Assembly (NCBI GenBank): GCA_031398335.1
Contig: JANNNC010000045.1
Coordinates: 8,917 to 72,916, forward strand
Reading direction: 5' to 3'
DNA length: 64,000 bases
Source: Massilia sp.
Lineage (GTDB): Bacteria > Pseudomonadota > Gammaproteobacteria > Burkholderiales > Burkholderiaceae_D
Shown: piece after piece, positions 40,841-49,492 of the stretch
Layout: the number at the start of each line of letters is the position of its first letter
How positions within the stretch are numbered: the first letter of the stretch is position 1
The notes under the pieces: generated by a model
What the model saw: only the letters and a program-made list of their open reading frames with translations
Databases searched by the model: none
What the model was told of the DNA's origin: nothing
Program-made: the position numbers and the translations under genes

Positions 40841-42280
40841 ATGAAGAAATTAACAGTCGATGTCGCCGTGATCGGCACCGGCACCGCCGGCATGTCGGCC
40901 TACCGCGCCGCGGTGGCCCAGGGCGCGCGCACGGTCGTCATCGAAAGCGGGCCTTACGGCACCACCTGCGCGCGGGTCGGCTGCATGCCGAGCAAACTCC
41001 TGATCGCCGCGGCCGACGCCGCCCACATGCTCGACCTCGCACCCGGCTTCGGTGTGCACCCGGGCGCAAAACGCATCGACGGGCGCGCCGTGATGGAACG
41101 CGTGCGCAAGGAGCGCGACCGCTTCGTCGGCTTCGTGCTGGAAAGCGTGGAGGGTTTTCCGATCGAGGACCGCATCCGCGGCCGTGCCCGCTTCACCGGC
41201 CCGCACACGCTACGCATCGACGACCATACCGAAATCGAAGCGGCGCGCATCGTGATCGCCACCGGTTCCACGCCGGTGATCCTGCCGCAGTTGCAGGACG
41301 TCGGCCGCGGCATCGTCACCAGCGACGACGTGTTTTATTGGGACGATTTACCAGCCTCGGTGGCGGTGATCGGCACCGGCGTGATCGGCCTGGAGCTGGG
41401 CCAGGCCTTGAGCCGCCTTGGCGTCAAGGTCAGCCTGTTCGCGCGCGGCGGCAGCGTCGCCCAGCTGAGCGACCCGGAAGTGCTGGCTGCCGCGCGCCGT
41501 ACGCTGGCCCAGGAACTCGACCTGCGCTTCCAGACCGAAGTCGTGCGCGCCGAGCAGCAGGGAGAGCAAGTGCTGCTCACCACGCGCGACGCGCTCGGCA
41601 AGGAGACGGGCGAACATTTTGAATACGTGCTGCTGGCGACCGGGCGCGCGCCGAACGTGCACGGCATGGGGCTGGAAGAGACCGGACTGGAACTGGAAGC
41701 GAACGGCGTGCCCGGTTTCGACAGCCGCACCATGCAGTGCGGGACCAGTCATATTTTTATTGCCGGCGACGCCAACAACGAGCTGCCGCTGCTGGCCGAG
41801 GCGGCCGACCACGGCAAGATCGCCGGCGAGAATGCGGGCCGCTATCCGGACGTGCGTCCTGGCCTGCGGCGCACGCCGTTAGGGATTGCGTTCACCGAGC
41901 CGAACATCGCCACGCTGGGTAAAAGTTACAAGACGCTGTGCGCGGGCGGCCGGCCTAAATTCGCGATCGGGCAGGTCTCGTTCGAGAACCAGGGCCGCAG
42001 CCGGGTCATGTTGCAGAACAAGGGGATGCTGCGCGTGTATGCCGAATATGGCACCTGCCGTTTTCTCGGCGCCGAGATGATCGGGCCGCGCGGCGAGCAC
42101 ATCGCGCATTTGCTGGCCTGGGCGGTGCAGGCGCATTTGACGGTGCCGCAGATGCTCGACATGCCCTTCTACCATCCCGTGATCGAAGAGGGCGTGCGCA
42201 CCGCGCTGCGCGATTTGGCGGCGAAGCTGGCGAAGGGGACGAACCAGACCGATGCGGCCGATTCGGAGCCCGGAACCTGA
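40841..42280 (+). CDS. Dihydrolipoyl dehydrogenase-like class I pyridine nucleotide-disulfide oxidoreductase
   Basis: FAD fold 'VAVIGTGTAGMSA', redox disulfide 'CARVGC' and NAD fold 'VAVIGTGVIGLELG'. ATG 40841 follows GGAG. Confidence 0.8.
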   Translation: MKKLTVDVAVIGTGTAGMSAYRAAVAQGARTVVIESGPYGTTCARVGCMPSKLLIAAADAAHMLDLAPGFGVHPGAKRIDGRAVMERVRKERDRFVGFVLESVEGFPIEDRIRGRARFTGPHTLRIDDHTEIEAARIVIATGSTPVILPQLQDVGRGIVTSDDVFYWDDLPASVAVIGTGVIGLELGQALSRLGVKVSLFARGGSVAQLSDPEVLAAARRTLAQELDLRFQTEVVRAEQQGEQVLLTTRDALGKETGEHFEYVLLATGRAPNVHGMGLEETGLELEANGVPGFDSRTMQCGTSHIFIAGDANNELPLLAEAADHGKIAGENAGRYPDVRPGLRRTPLGIAFTEPNIATLGKSYKTLCAGGRPKFAIGQVSFENQGRSRVMLQNKGMLRVYAEYGTCRFLGAEMIGPRGEHIAHLLAWAVQAHLTVPQMLDMPFYHPVIEEGVRTALRDLAAKLAKGTNQTDAADSEPGT

Positions 42281-42288
42281 CTGGTCTT

Positions 42289-42322
42289 GTAGGGTGGGCA
42301 CTTCAAGCCGTGCCCACCCTAC
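42289..42322. repeat. REP-like palindrome GTAGGGTGGGCAC-TTCAAGCC-GTGCCCACCCTAC
   Basis: Perfect 13-bp arms between convergent genes. Same family as 19962-19989. Confidence 0.8.
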
Positions 42323-42324
42323 GA

Positions 42325-42810
42325 TCAATTCAAATAACTCGCATCCAGGTTCCCCTGCTCTGCCATCTGGCGCAGGATGCGCATCGTGTCGATATCGGCT
42401 TCCTGGTAAGCCGACTTCTTGAATTCCTCGTACATCCTGGTCGCGCCGTCGGTCGCCTCGCCCATGCCGTCGTCGTAACTGAAACGCACGTACAGCATGT
42501 GTTCGGACGGCGCCTCGATGGTCATCGTCAGCAGCGAAGCGCTGATATCGCCCTGGGCCGGGACTTCATACCGCACTTCGTGCAGCGGGCTCAGGAGGAC
42601 GGTGTCCTCGATGACCAGGTCGCCGTAGCGCAGGCGGCGTTTGAAACTGCCGGCTTCGCGCGCGCTGATGTCGCACTCGTCCAGGTGCGGGATGAACAGC
42701 TTGGGCGACTCGGCCCGGATCACCAGGCCGCGCCAGACCTGCTCGCGGGTCAGGGTGTCCATCAGCGGGTTCAGCGGGTCGTTCACTTCAATCAGGTGTT
42801 CAAATTTCAT
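42325..42810 (-). CDS. SRPBCC-superfamily protein (DUF1857-like)
   Basis: 161-aa ORF with host-like codon usage. The family call is from overall resemblance only. Confidence 0.55.
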   Translation of the reverse strand: MKFEHLIEVNDPLNPLMDTLTREQVWRGLVIRAESPKLFIPHLDECDISAREAGSFKRRLRYGDLVIEDTVLLSPLHEVRYEVPAQGDISASLLTMTIEAPSEHMLYVRFSYDDGMGEATDGATRMYEEFKKSAYQEADIDTMRILRQMAEQGNLDASYLN

Positions 42811-42888
42811 TGTGTCGTGCTCGCAAAGGGTAGGCGCGGGGCGCCAAAGGGGCGATGGTAGCCGAAATGAGGCCGGATTGCGCGCTGC

Positions 42889-43587
42889 CTAGTTCGACAG
42901 CAGGATCGCATTCTGGCGGCGCTGCAAGAAAGCAATGCCAATCAGGATGGCGAACGAAATCGCCAGCAATACCAGTGCATATGCGTGCGCCGTCCCATAA
43001 TTCAACTTCTGCGCTTCATCATAAAGCGCGATCGAGGCCACCCGCGTCTGCCCGGGGATATTCCCGCCCAACATCAGGACCACGCCGAACTCTCCCATCG
43101 TGTGCGCAAAGCTGAGCGAGACGCCCGTCAAAATCCCGTGTTTCGACAGCGGCAGCACGATGGCCCAGAAGGTCTGGCGCTTCGTCAGGCCGAGCGCCAG
43201 CGCCGATTGCACCAGGTCGCGCCCGACACCGCGAAACGCCGCCTGGAAAGGTTGCACCGCGAACGGCAGGCTGTACAGCACGGAACCGGCGACCAGTCCC
43301 GCGAACGAAAACGGTAACGGGTGGCCGAAGACCGACATCCAGGCCGCGCCCACCGGTTGCTGCGGCGCCATCAGCATCAGCAAATAAAAACCGATGACGG
43401 TGGGCGGCAGCACGATCGGCAGGCTGACCAGGGTCTCGACGAAGATGATGCCGCGCATCTTGCTGTTATTGAGCCAGTTGGCCAGCGGAATGCCGATCAC
43501 CAGCAGCACGACCGAGGTGACGGCGGCCAGGCGCAGCGTCAGGCCGATGGCGTCCCACAACTCGGACGGAAACTGCCAATCGGTCAT
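42889..43587 (-). CDS. modB: Molybdate ABC transporter permease
   Basis: 232 aa. 'LSFAHTMGEFGVVLMLGGNIPGQT' (the EAA-loop region typical of ModB). Confidence 0.9.
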   Translation of the reverse strand: MTDWQFPSELWDAIGLTLRLAAVTSVVLLVIGIPLANWLNNSKMRGIIFVETLVSLPIVLPPTVIGFYLLMLMAPQQPVGAAWMSVFGHPLPFSFAGLVAGSVLYSLPFAVQPFQAAFRGVGRDLVQSALALGLTKRQTFWAIVLPLSKHGILTGVSLSFAHTMGEFGVVLMLGGNIPGQTRVASIALYDEAQKLNYGTAHAYALVLLAISFAILIGIAFLQRRQNAILLSN

Positions 43588-44354
43588 TCGGCCGCGCCCG
43601 CAGGCACACTAAAACCGTTGCGCGCCAGGATCGCGCGCGCCTCGGGGGAAGCCAGGAAGCGCACGAAGCCGCTTGCGTGCGGATTGGCGGCGCCGGCCCT
43701 GGTCACGATCGCGCCTTGCTCGATCGGAGACAAGCCGGTCGATGGCACCAGCGCATGGCGGCCGACGCCTTTCAACCTGGTCGCATGCAGGGTGGCAAAC
43801 GAAATGATGCCGACTTGCGCATTGCCGGTCTGGACGAACTGGGCGGTCTGGGCGATGTTTTCGCCGACCACGAGTTTCGGTTGCACCTTGTCCCAGAGAC
43901 CATCGCGCACCAGGGCTGCCTTGGCCGCGCGCCCATACGGCGCCGTGACCGGGTTGGCGATCGCCACCCGTTTGACACGCTCATCGGCGACGAGGGCGGC
44001 CAGGCCACGGGCAGGATCGACCTGCGGGTCCAGCGTCCACAGCGCGATGCGGCCGATGGCATACGGCACCAGGGTGGCGCCGTCGGCGACGCCGAGCTTG
44101 CCGAGCTGGCGCGGGTAGTCCATGTCGGCCGACAAAAACACCTCGAAGGGGGCACCGTTGCGAATTTGTGCAAAAAAGTTGCCGGATGCGCCAAGCGAGA
44201 CCTTCGGCTCGACATCCGGCGCCGTTTTCCGGTACGCGGCGACGAGTTCATCGATACAATAGCCGAGATCGCTGGCAGCGGCGACCAGCAGCGGGCGCGC
44301 CAGTGCCGGTCCTGCCAAGGTCCATGCCAGTAATAAAATAAGCAATTTTTTCAT
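43584..44354 (-). CDS. modA: Molybdate ABC transporter periplasmic binding protein
   Basis: Start at ATG 44354 gives signal peptide MKKLLILLLAWTLAGPALA. 'SLGASGNFFAQIRNGAPFEVFLSAD'. ATGA-type overlap with modB. Confidence 0.85.
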   Translation of the reverse strand: MKKLLILLLAWTLAGPALARPLLVAAASDLGYCIDELVAAYRKTAPDVEPKVSLGASGNFFAQIRNGAPFEVFLSADMDYPRQLGKLGVADGATLVPYAIGRIALWTLDPQVDPARGLAALVADERVKRVAIANPVTAPYGRAAKAALVRDGLWDKVQPKLVVGENIAQTAQFVQTGNAQVGIISFATLHATRLKGVGRHALVPSTGLSPIEQGAIVTRAGAANPHASGFVRFLASPEARAILARNGFSVPAGAAE

Positions 44355-44434
44355 GCTGAACATTGTAGCGCGGGGCGCATCTCTCTCGGATGTCGCTTCG
44401 TTACAATGCTCACCTGTTTTCCAGAATAATTCCC

Positions 44435-46516
44435 ATGTCCAACGCACCAAAATTCGGCCTGAACGGGCCGCAAAGCGAAGCCGCGCTTTATCTCGACGGC
44501 CCCTGCCTGGTGCTGGCCGGCGCCGGCTCGGGCAAGACACGCGTGATCACGCAAAAGATCGCCTACATGATCGAAGACCGCGGCTACGATCCGCGCACGA
44601 TCGCCGCCCTGACGTTTACCAATAAAGCCGCGCTCGAGATGCAGGAGCGTATCGCCAAATTGCTGAAACAGCCGAAGCAGGCCAAGCAGTTGACGGTGTC
44701 GACCTTCCACTCGCTGGGTGTGAAAATCCTGCGCCAGGAAGCGGCCGGCGTCGGCTTGAAAGACCGTTTTTCGATCATGGACAGCGACGACTGCTACACG
44801 ATCGTCTCCGACCTCGGCCTGACGACCGATAAGCAGGAAATCCGCCGCATCCAGAATGCGATCTCGCTGTGGAAGAACGGCCTGATCGACCCGGAAGCTG
44901 CCATCAATGCCGCGAAAGACGAGGACGAAGCCCAGGCCGGACGCATCTACCGCAGCTATGTGGCGACGCTGGCCGCCTACCAGGCGGTCGACTTCGATGA
45001 CCTGATCCGCCTGCCGGTGGAACTGTTCCGGAATAACGATCCGATCCGCGACCGCTGGCAGAGGAAGCTGCGCTACCTCTTGATGGACGAGTACCAGGAC
45101 ACGAATACCTGCCAGTACGAGCTGGTGAAATTGCTGGTGACGGGCATCGGCAAGAAGCCGATGTTCACGGCGGTCGGCGACGACGACCAGGCGATCTACG
45201 CCTGGCGCGGCGCCTCGGTCGAAAACATCAAGACCCTGCAAACCGATTTTCCCGACCTGCGCGTGATTAAACTCGAGCAGAACTACCGCTCGACCACGCG
45301 CATCCTGCAGGCGGCCAATGCCGTGATCGGGAATAACCCGAAGCTCTTTGAAAAATCGCTCTGGTCCGAACACGGGTTAGGTGAGCCGATCAAGGTGCTG
45401 GGCATGCAGAGCGACGAGCAGGAAGCCGACCAGATCGCGATCATGATTTCGTCGGACCATTTTCAGCGCAAAAATAAATGGACCGATTTCGCGATCCTTT
45501 ACCGCGGCAACCACCAGGCCCGCATCATCGAGCAGGCGCTGCGCAAGGAGCGCATTCCGTACACGATTTCCGGCGGCCAGAGCTTTTTCGACAAGGCCGA
45601 GATCAAGGACATCATCGCCTACCTGCGCCTGATCGCAAACGAGGGCGACGACCCCGCGTTTATTCGCGCGGTGACGACGCCGAAACGCGGCGTCGGCATG
45701 GCGACCCTGGAAGTGTTGGGCGAATTTTCCAAACAATGGAATTGCTCGCTGTTCGAGGCGGCGCTCAAAGGCGGCATCGAGGGCAAGCTGGCCGATCGCC
45801 AATTACACCCGCTGCGCGATTTCTGCCATTTCATCAATGAACTCGAATCGCGCGCCAGCCGCCCGGGGCCATCGGGCAGCGGAGAACATGCCGCCGAGGT
45901 ACTGGACGACATGATGAAAGAGATGAACTACGAGCATTACCTGTACGAGAACTTCGATGACCGCGCCGCCCAGGCGAAATGGCAGAACGTGATGGAGTTC
46001 ACCAACTGGCTCAAGGAGCGCGGCAACGGCGGGCGCGACGGCACCGGCGACGAGAAGAATTTGCTGGAGCTGACGCAGATGGTGGCGCTGATGTCGATGC
46101 TGGAAGGCCAGGACGAAGAGCAGGACGCGGTGCGCATGTCGACCCTGCACGCCTCGAAAGGGCTGGAGTATCCGCACGTCTACCTGGTCGGCGTGGAAGA
46201 GGGGATCTTGCCCCATAAAGGCGACCCGGATGACCCGATCGAAAAGATCGCCGCGCGCATCCAGGAAGAGCGGCGCCTGATGTACGTCGGCATCACGCGC
46301 GCCCAGCGCACGCTGCACGTCACCTGGTGCAAGAAGCGAAAGCGCGCCGGCGAGCTGGTGCACTGCGACCCTTCCCGCTTCATCAAGGAGATGGCGCTCG
46401 ACGAGGGCATTGCGGTGCCGCTCGAGTCCGAGGTGATCAGCCCGAAGGACCGCCTGGCGAGTTTGAAGGCGCTGTTGAATACCCCGAAGCCGGATGCCGC
46501 CAAGCTGCTGTCATAA
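44435..46516 (+). CDS. rep: UvrD/Rep family ATP-dependent DNA helicase (Rep-like)
   Basis: 'GAGSGKTRVIT', 'LLMDEYQDTN' and 'VGDDDQAIYAWRGA'. Start at ATG 44435. Confidence 0.85.
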   Translation: MSNAPKFGLNGPQSEAALYLDGPCLVLAGAGSGKTRVITQKIAYMIEDRGYDPRTIAALTFTNKAALEMQERIAKLLKQPKQAKQLTVSTFHSLGVKILRQEAAGVGLKDRFSIMDSDDCYTIVSDLGLTTDKQEIRRIQNAISLWKNGLIDPEAAINAAKDEDEAQAGRIYRSYVATLAAYQAVDFDDLIRLPVELFRNNDPIRDRWQRKLRYLLMDEYQDTNTCQYELVKLLVTGIGKKPMFTAVGDDDQAIYAWRGASVENIKTLQTDFPDLRVIKLEQNYRSTTRILQAANAVIGNNPKLFEKSLWSEHGLGEPIKVLGMQSDEQEADQIAIMISSDHFQRKNKWTDFAILYRGNHQARIIEQALRKERIPYTISGGQSFFDKAEIKDIIAYLRLIANEGDDPAFIRAVTTPKRGVGMATLEVLGEFSKQWNCSLFEAALKGGIEGKLADRQLHPLRDFCHFINELESRASRPGPSGSGEHAAEVLDDMMKEMNYEHYLYENFDDRAAQAKWQNVMEFTNWLKERGNGGRDGTGDEKNLLELTQMVALMSMLEGQDEEQDAVRMSTLHASKGLEYPHVYLVGVEEGILPHKGDPDDPIEKIAARIQEERRLMYVGITRAQRTLHVTWCKKRKRAGELVHCDPSRFIKEMALDEGIAVPLESEVISPKDRLASLKALLNTPKPDAAKLLS

Positions 46517-46755
46517 TGCCCGCACTTGAAAAAATGCCAGGAACCGCCGTGGAACACGAAGACCGTTTTGTCGATATCGAAATCAAGCTGGCGCACATGG
46601 AAGACCTGGTCGACTCGCTGAACCAGACCGTCTACCAGCAGGCGCGCCGCATCGACCAATTGGAGGCCATGGTGCAGCAGCTGGCCGAGCACCTGCGCAC
46701 GATGCGCGAGGTCGGGCGCCAGACGCCGGTGAACGAGCGCCCGCCGCATTATTGA
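46516..46755 (+). CDS. slyX: SlyX family protein
   Basis: Coiled-coil 'RFVDIEIKLAHMEDLVDSLNQTVYQQ..QLEAMVQQL'. TAATG overlap with rep. Alternative start at 46534. Confidence 0.7.
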   Translation: MPALEKMPGTAVEHEDRFVDIEIKLAHMEDLVDSLNQTVYQQARRIDQLEAMVQQLAEHLRTMREVGRQTPVNERPPHY

Positions 46756-46823
46756 TGCGGTGCGTGAATTGCGTCGAAGCGACGTAAGCCGAGACGCATA
46801 TTCAACCACTGCGGTAGCGCACC

Positions 46824-48119
46824 CTACAATTTGCTAGTGCCGAGCGACTCGCCAAGCCGCTTGCCCAAACAAAGTAAGGTCACCGTCGGCGGCAGCCCCC
46901 ACGGCTCCGGAATCACCGACGCATCGCACACGAACAACCCCGGCGTGGCCGTCTGCAAATTTGCATCGACTCCCTCCCCGATGCGCACGCTGCCGCCCGG
47001 ATGCGCCGCGAAATGCCAGGATGTAAAGATGTGATGCGCCCCCGCCTCGCGCAGGATCGCCTTCGCCATCCCGACCCCATGCTTCAATTTTTGACGGTCG
47101 CTGTCCTGCAGCGTTTTATCCGCCCAGCGCGGCCCGACGCGGCCGCCGATGGCGTCGCGGATCTTGACCATCATCGACAGGGTGCGCCGGTGCGCAAACA
47201 GGCGGTCGACGCGGCCGACCTGCAGCGCAAAGGCCTGGTACATCGGCTGCGGCAGGGTCAGGTCGGCCAGGGCGACGCCTGCGTCATGTAAATGCAGGCC
47301 GCCCGCCATCGGCACCTCGGCGCCGCCGTCGATGTCGTCCACGCTGCCCATCACCGCCACCACCGGATCGCTGAAGAAGGGAGATTCGCGCGGTCCCAGG
47401 CCTGAACTGTGCAACAAGCGCGGGCTACCGAGGCCGCCGCCGGCGAGCACGACGATCGGCGCGAACAGGGTGCGCAGCTTGCCGCCCACCTGCACCTCGA
47501 CCCCGGCCGCGCGGTCCCCTTCCACCAGCACCCGCAGCACGCGGGCACGGTCGACCAGTTGTGCGCCGTGGCGGCAGGCCTCATCGAGAAAATCGCGCGC
47601 CGTCCACTTGGCGCCGAACGGACAGCCGTAGACGCAGCGCCAGCAGCCGCTGCGGCAGGACGCGGGCCGGATCATTTTTTCCAATTTTTGCCAGTCGAGC
47701 GACAAGGCGCGCGCCGCCGTCATCATGCGCGCCGCCATCGGGCCAATTAACTTGTCCGGCAGGGGGGCCATCGGCAGTTCGGCGCGCAAGGCGGCGAGCG
47801 CCGGTTCGAGATCGATGCCGTAGCGCGCGAACAGCGCCTGCGGCGGCGGGGCGGCGGTCGCAAAATTGATGGCCGAGCTGCCGCCGGCCGTGATGCCGGC
47901 CACCAGCAGCGAGGCGTCGCGCTGCACATACGCGCCCTTGCCGGGGACCGCGGCCATGCCCGCCATCTGGCCAAGCGTCCCCTTCAAGGGGTCGGCGCCG
48001 CCCTGTTCCAGCACCAGCACGCGCATGCCGGCTTGGGCCAGTTCGCGCGCCGTGCTGGCGCCGCCCGGACCGCTTCCGACGACGATCGCATCATACGAGG
48101 ACTGAAAAATAGGAAGCAT
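46824..48119 (-). CDS. GMC-type FAD-dependent oxidoreductase
   Basis: Start at ATG 48119. 'YDAIVVGSGPGGAS' FAD-binding motif. 431 aa. Confidence 0.75.
   Translation of the reverse strand: MLPIFQSSYDAIVVGSGPGGASTARELAQAGMRVLVLEQGGADPLKGTLGQMAGMAAVPGKGAYVQRDASLLVAGITAGGSSAINFATAAPPPQALFARYGIDLEPALAALRAELPMAPLPDKLIGPMAARMMTAARALSLDWQKLEKMIRPASCRSGCWRCVYGCPFGAKWTARDFLDEACRHGAQLVDRARVLRVLVEGDRAAGVEVQVGGKLRTLFAPIVVLAGGGLGSPRLLHSSGLGPRESPFFSDPVVAVMGSVDDIDGGAEVPMAGGLHLHDAGVALADLTLPQPMYQAFALQVGRVDRLFAHRRTLSMMVKIRDAIGGRVGPRWADKTLQDSDRQKLKHGVGMAKAILREAGAHHIFTSWHFAAHPGGSVRIGEGVDANLQTATPGLFVCDASVIPEPWGLPPTVTLLCLGKRLGESLGTSKL
48079..48102. repeat. Direct repeat copy 1 (ACGACGATCGCATCATACGAGGAC)
   Basis: 24/24 identical to 50325-50348. 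It lies inside the 5' end of the oxidoreductase gene (encodes SSYDAIVV on the minus strand). Confidence 0.95.
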
Positions 48120-48224
48120 GGCGGGAAGGGCGGTTGGGTGCCCGATGCTAGCACGCGCAGCCGCGGTTCCCACGCGTTCCCAAGTTTTCAATGCCAGTTT
48201 CGAGTCTTGCTGTGGCAGGAGTCA

Positions 48225-48437
48225 CTACATACCCGTATTGGCTGGCCACGGGGTGAAAAGAGCAAGAACTGCATTGCTGCCAGAAATCGTCACGCCCATG
48301 CCTTGATACTGATTCGTTATCGGGGTCTGATCAGAAAATTCATCGAATGTCAGCGTGATCGGCTCCGCCCACAGGTGAGCAGAAAAACCTGCCAACAGAG
48401 CAAGGCTGCCGGCGAAAGTAGCGATACGGTTGCTCAT
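48225..48437 (-). CDS. Small secreted protein fragment (70 aa), possibly truncated
   Basis: ATG 48437 follows AAGGAG. Signal peptide MSNRIATFAGSLALLAGFSAHLWA. It ends abruptly after ~45 mature residues. Confidence 0.4.
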   Translation of the reverse strand: MSNRIATFAGSLALLAGFSAHLWAEPITLTFDEFSDQTPITNQYQGMGVTISGSNAVLALFTPWPANTGM

Positions 48438-48702
48438 TGGAATGCTCCTTAACAAGATTTGCATCCCTTGCAAAACGTCAATGTTATGGGGGAGCATGAG
48501 CTTCGACTTCGACTAGAGTGGACCTCCACCGGCCATGACGATCAATCAGCGACACTAAATTTTTTCGCCTACGCCGGTTCCATCACGCAGTCCAACTGGT
48601 TTCTACTTGAGCTGATGTACTACACCGACGCAGGATAGGCTTTCGCCACTACTTGTAATGCAAGCTCGGATGGCGCCGGCGCGAGCAGAGCGGCAGGCCC
48701 GT

Positions 48703-48725
48703 AAAAAACGCCCACATCGTGGGCT
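48703..48725 (-). terminator. Rho-independent terminator after the antitoxin gene
   Basis: On the minus strand: GCCCAC-GAT-GTGGGCG followed by T6. Confidence 0.75.
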
Positions 48726-48729
48726 TGGT

Positions 48730-49044
48730 TCAGAGCGCGGCGATCTCGTCGAGCAACTTGGGGTTGCGATCCATCAGGCTCAGTAGGATGGCGGCCTGGG
48801 CATTCGGCTTGGCGGTGCCCTGCTCCCAGTTCTTGATGGTGCGCGCCTCGGTTCGCAACCGGCGTGCGAACACAGGCTGAGACACGTGGAGCTTCTCGCG
48901 CACAGCGCGGACCCTAGCCGGTGTCATTTCCGGCGGAGCCTTGCGCTCTACTTCCGAGGTGCGGAGCGTAGCCTTTCCCTGGCGCGCGCCTTCCAGGGCG
49001 TCGAAGCCTTCCATCAGGTCGGAAAAAATATCTCGCTTGGTCAT
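48730..49044 (-). CDS. XRE-family HTH antitoxin (HigA-like)
   Basis: 104 aa. HTH '..VREKLHVSQPVFARRLRTEARTIKNWEQG..'. ATGA overlap with the toxin gene upstream. Confidence 0.8.
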   Translation of the reverse strand: MTKRDIFSDLMEGFDALEGARQGKATLRTSEVERKAPPEMTPARVRAVREKLHVSQPVFARRLRTEARTIKNWEQGTAKPNAQAAILLSLMDRNPKLLDEIAAL

Positions 49045-49387
49045 TTTTTGGCACTCCTTGCCTTGATTTCTGCTTCAAGACGCTGCTTCAGCATCTTGCG
49101 TTGGTCCGGGGTGAGGTCGTGCGCTTCGTCCTTGTCGTAGACGGTGAACAGCCAGAACTGGTCGGCCGCATCCTTCCAGAAGTAGATGATGCGCAAGCCG
49201 CCGCGCTTCCCCTTGCCGCGCCGTTCGTCGGCATACCTGATCTTCCGTAGCCCCCGGTCCCCTTGATCACGTCGCCGGCCTCGGGGTCCTTCATCAGCTC
49301 GCTCTGCAGCTCCTTGAACGATGCGTCGTCGAAATATTCGTCGCGCAAGCGCTGAAAAGGAGGGAGCTCGATAAAGGTGGCTTTCAT
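49041..49387 (-). pseudogene. RelE/HigB-like toxin, disrupted by a 1-nt frameshift
   Basis: The N-terminal half 'MKATFIELPPFQRL..DPEAGDVIKGTGG' (frame of ORF 49088..49387) continues as 'LRKIRYADERRGKGKRGGLRIIYFW..FWLFTVYDKDE' in the frame of ORF 49041..49400. The switch occurs at the G/C run around 49248-49256. Confidence 0.7.
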
Positions 49388-49492
49388 GTAGTGAACCCAA
49401 GTTGGGGATATAAGGATGGCTTTTTTTTGTAACTCGTTGCGGAAACTCCGCTATTTGCGGGGTTTCCGGCCTCCATTGTCCGCTGCGGGATG

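Noticed and set aside
43584-44540. 318-aa version of modA with a 62-aa N-terminal extension. Similar upstream extensions appear on the ORFs at 798, 5661, 6979, 21117, 25777..27711, 40724, 44390, 46824..48191, 51751 and 60789..63572.
   Set aside because: The internal starts give proper signal peptides or N-termini, and often an RBS. The extensions are Arg/Pro-rich read-through of intergenic DNA.
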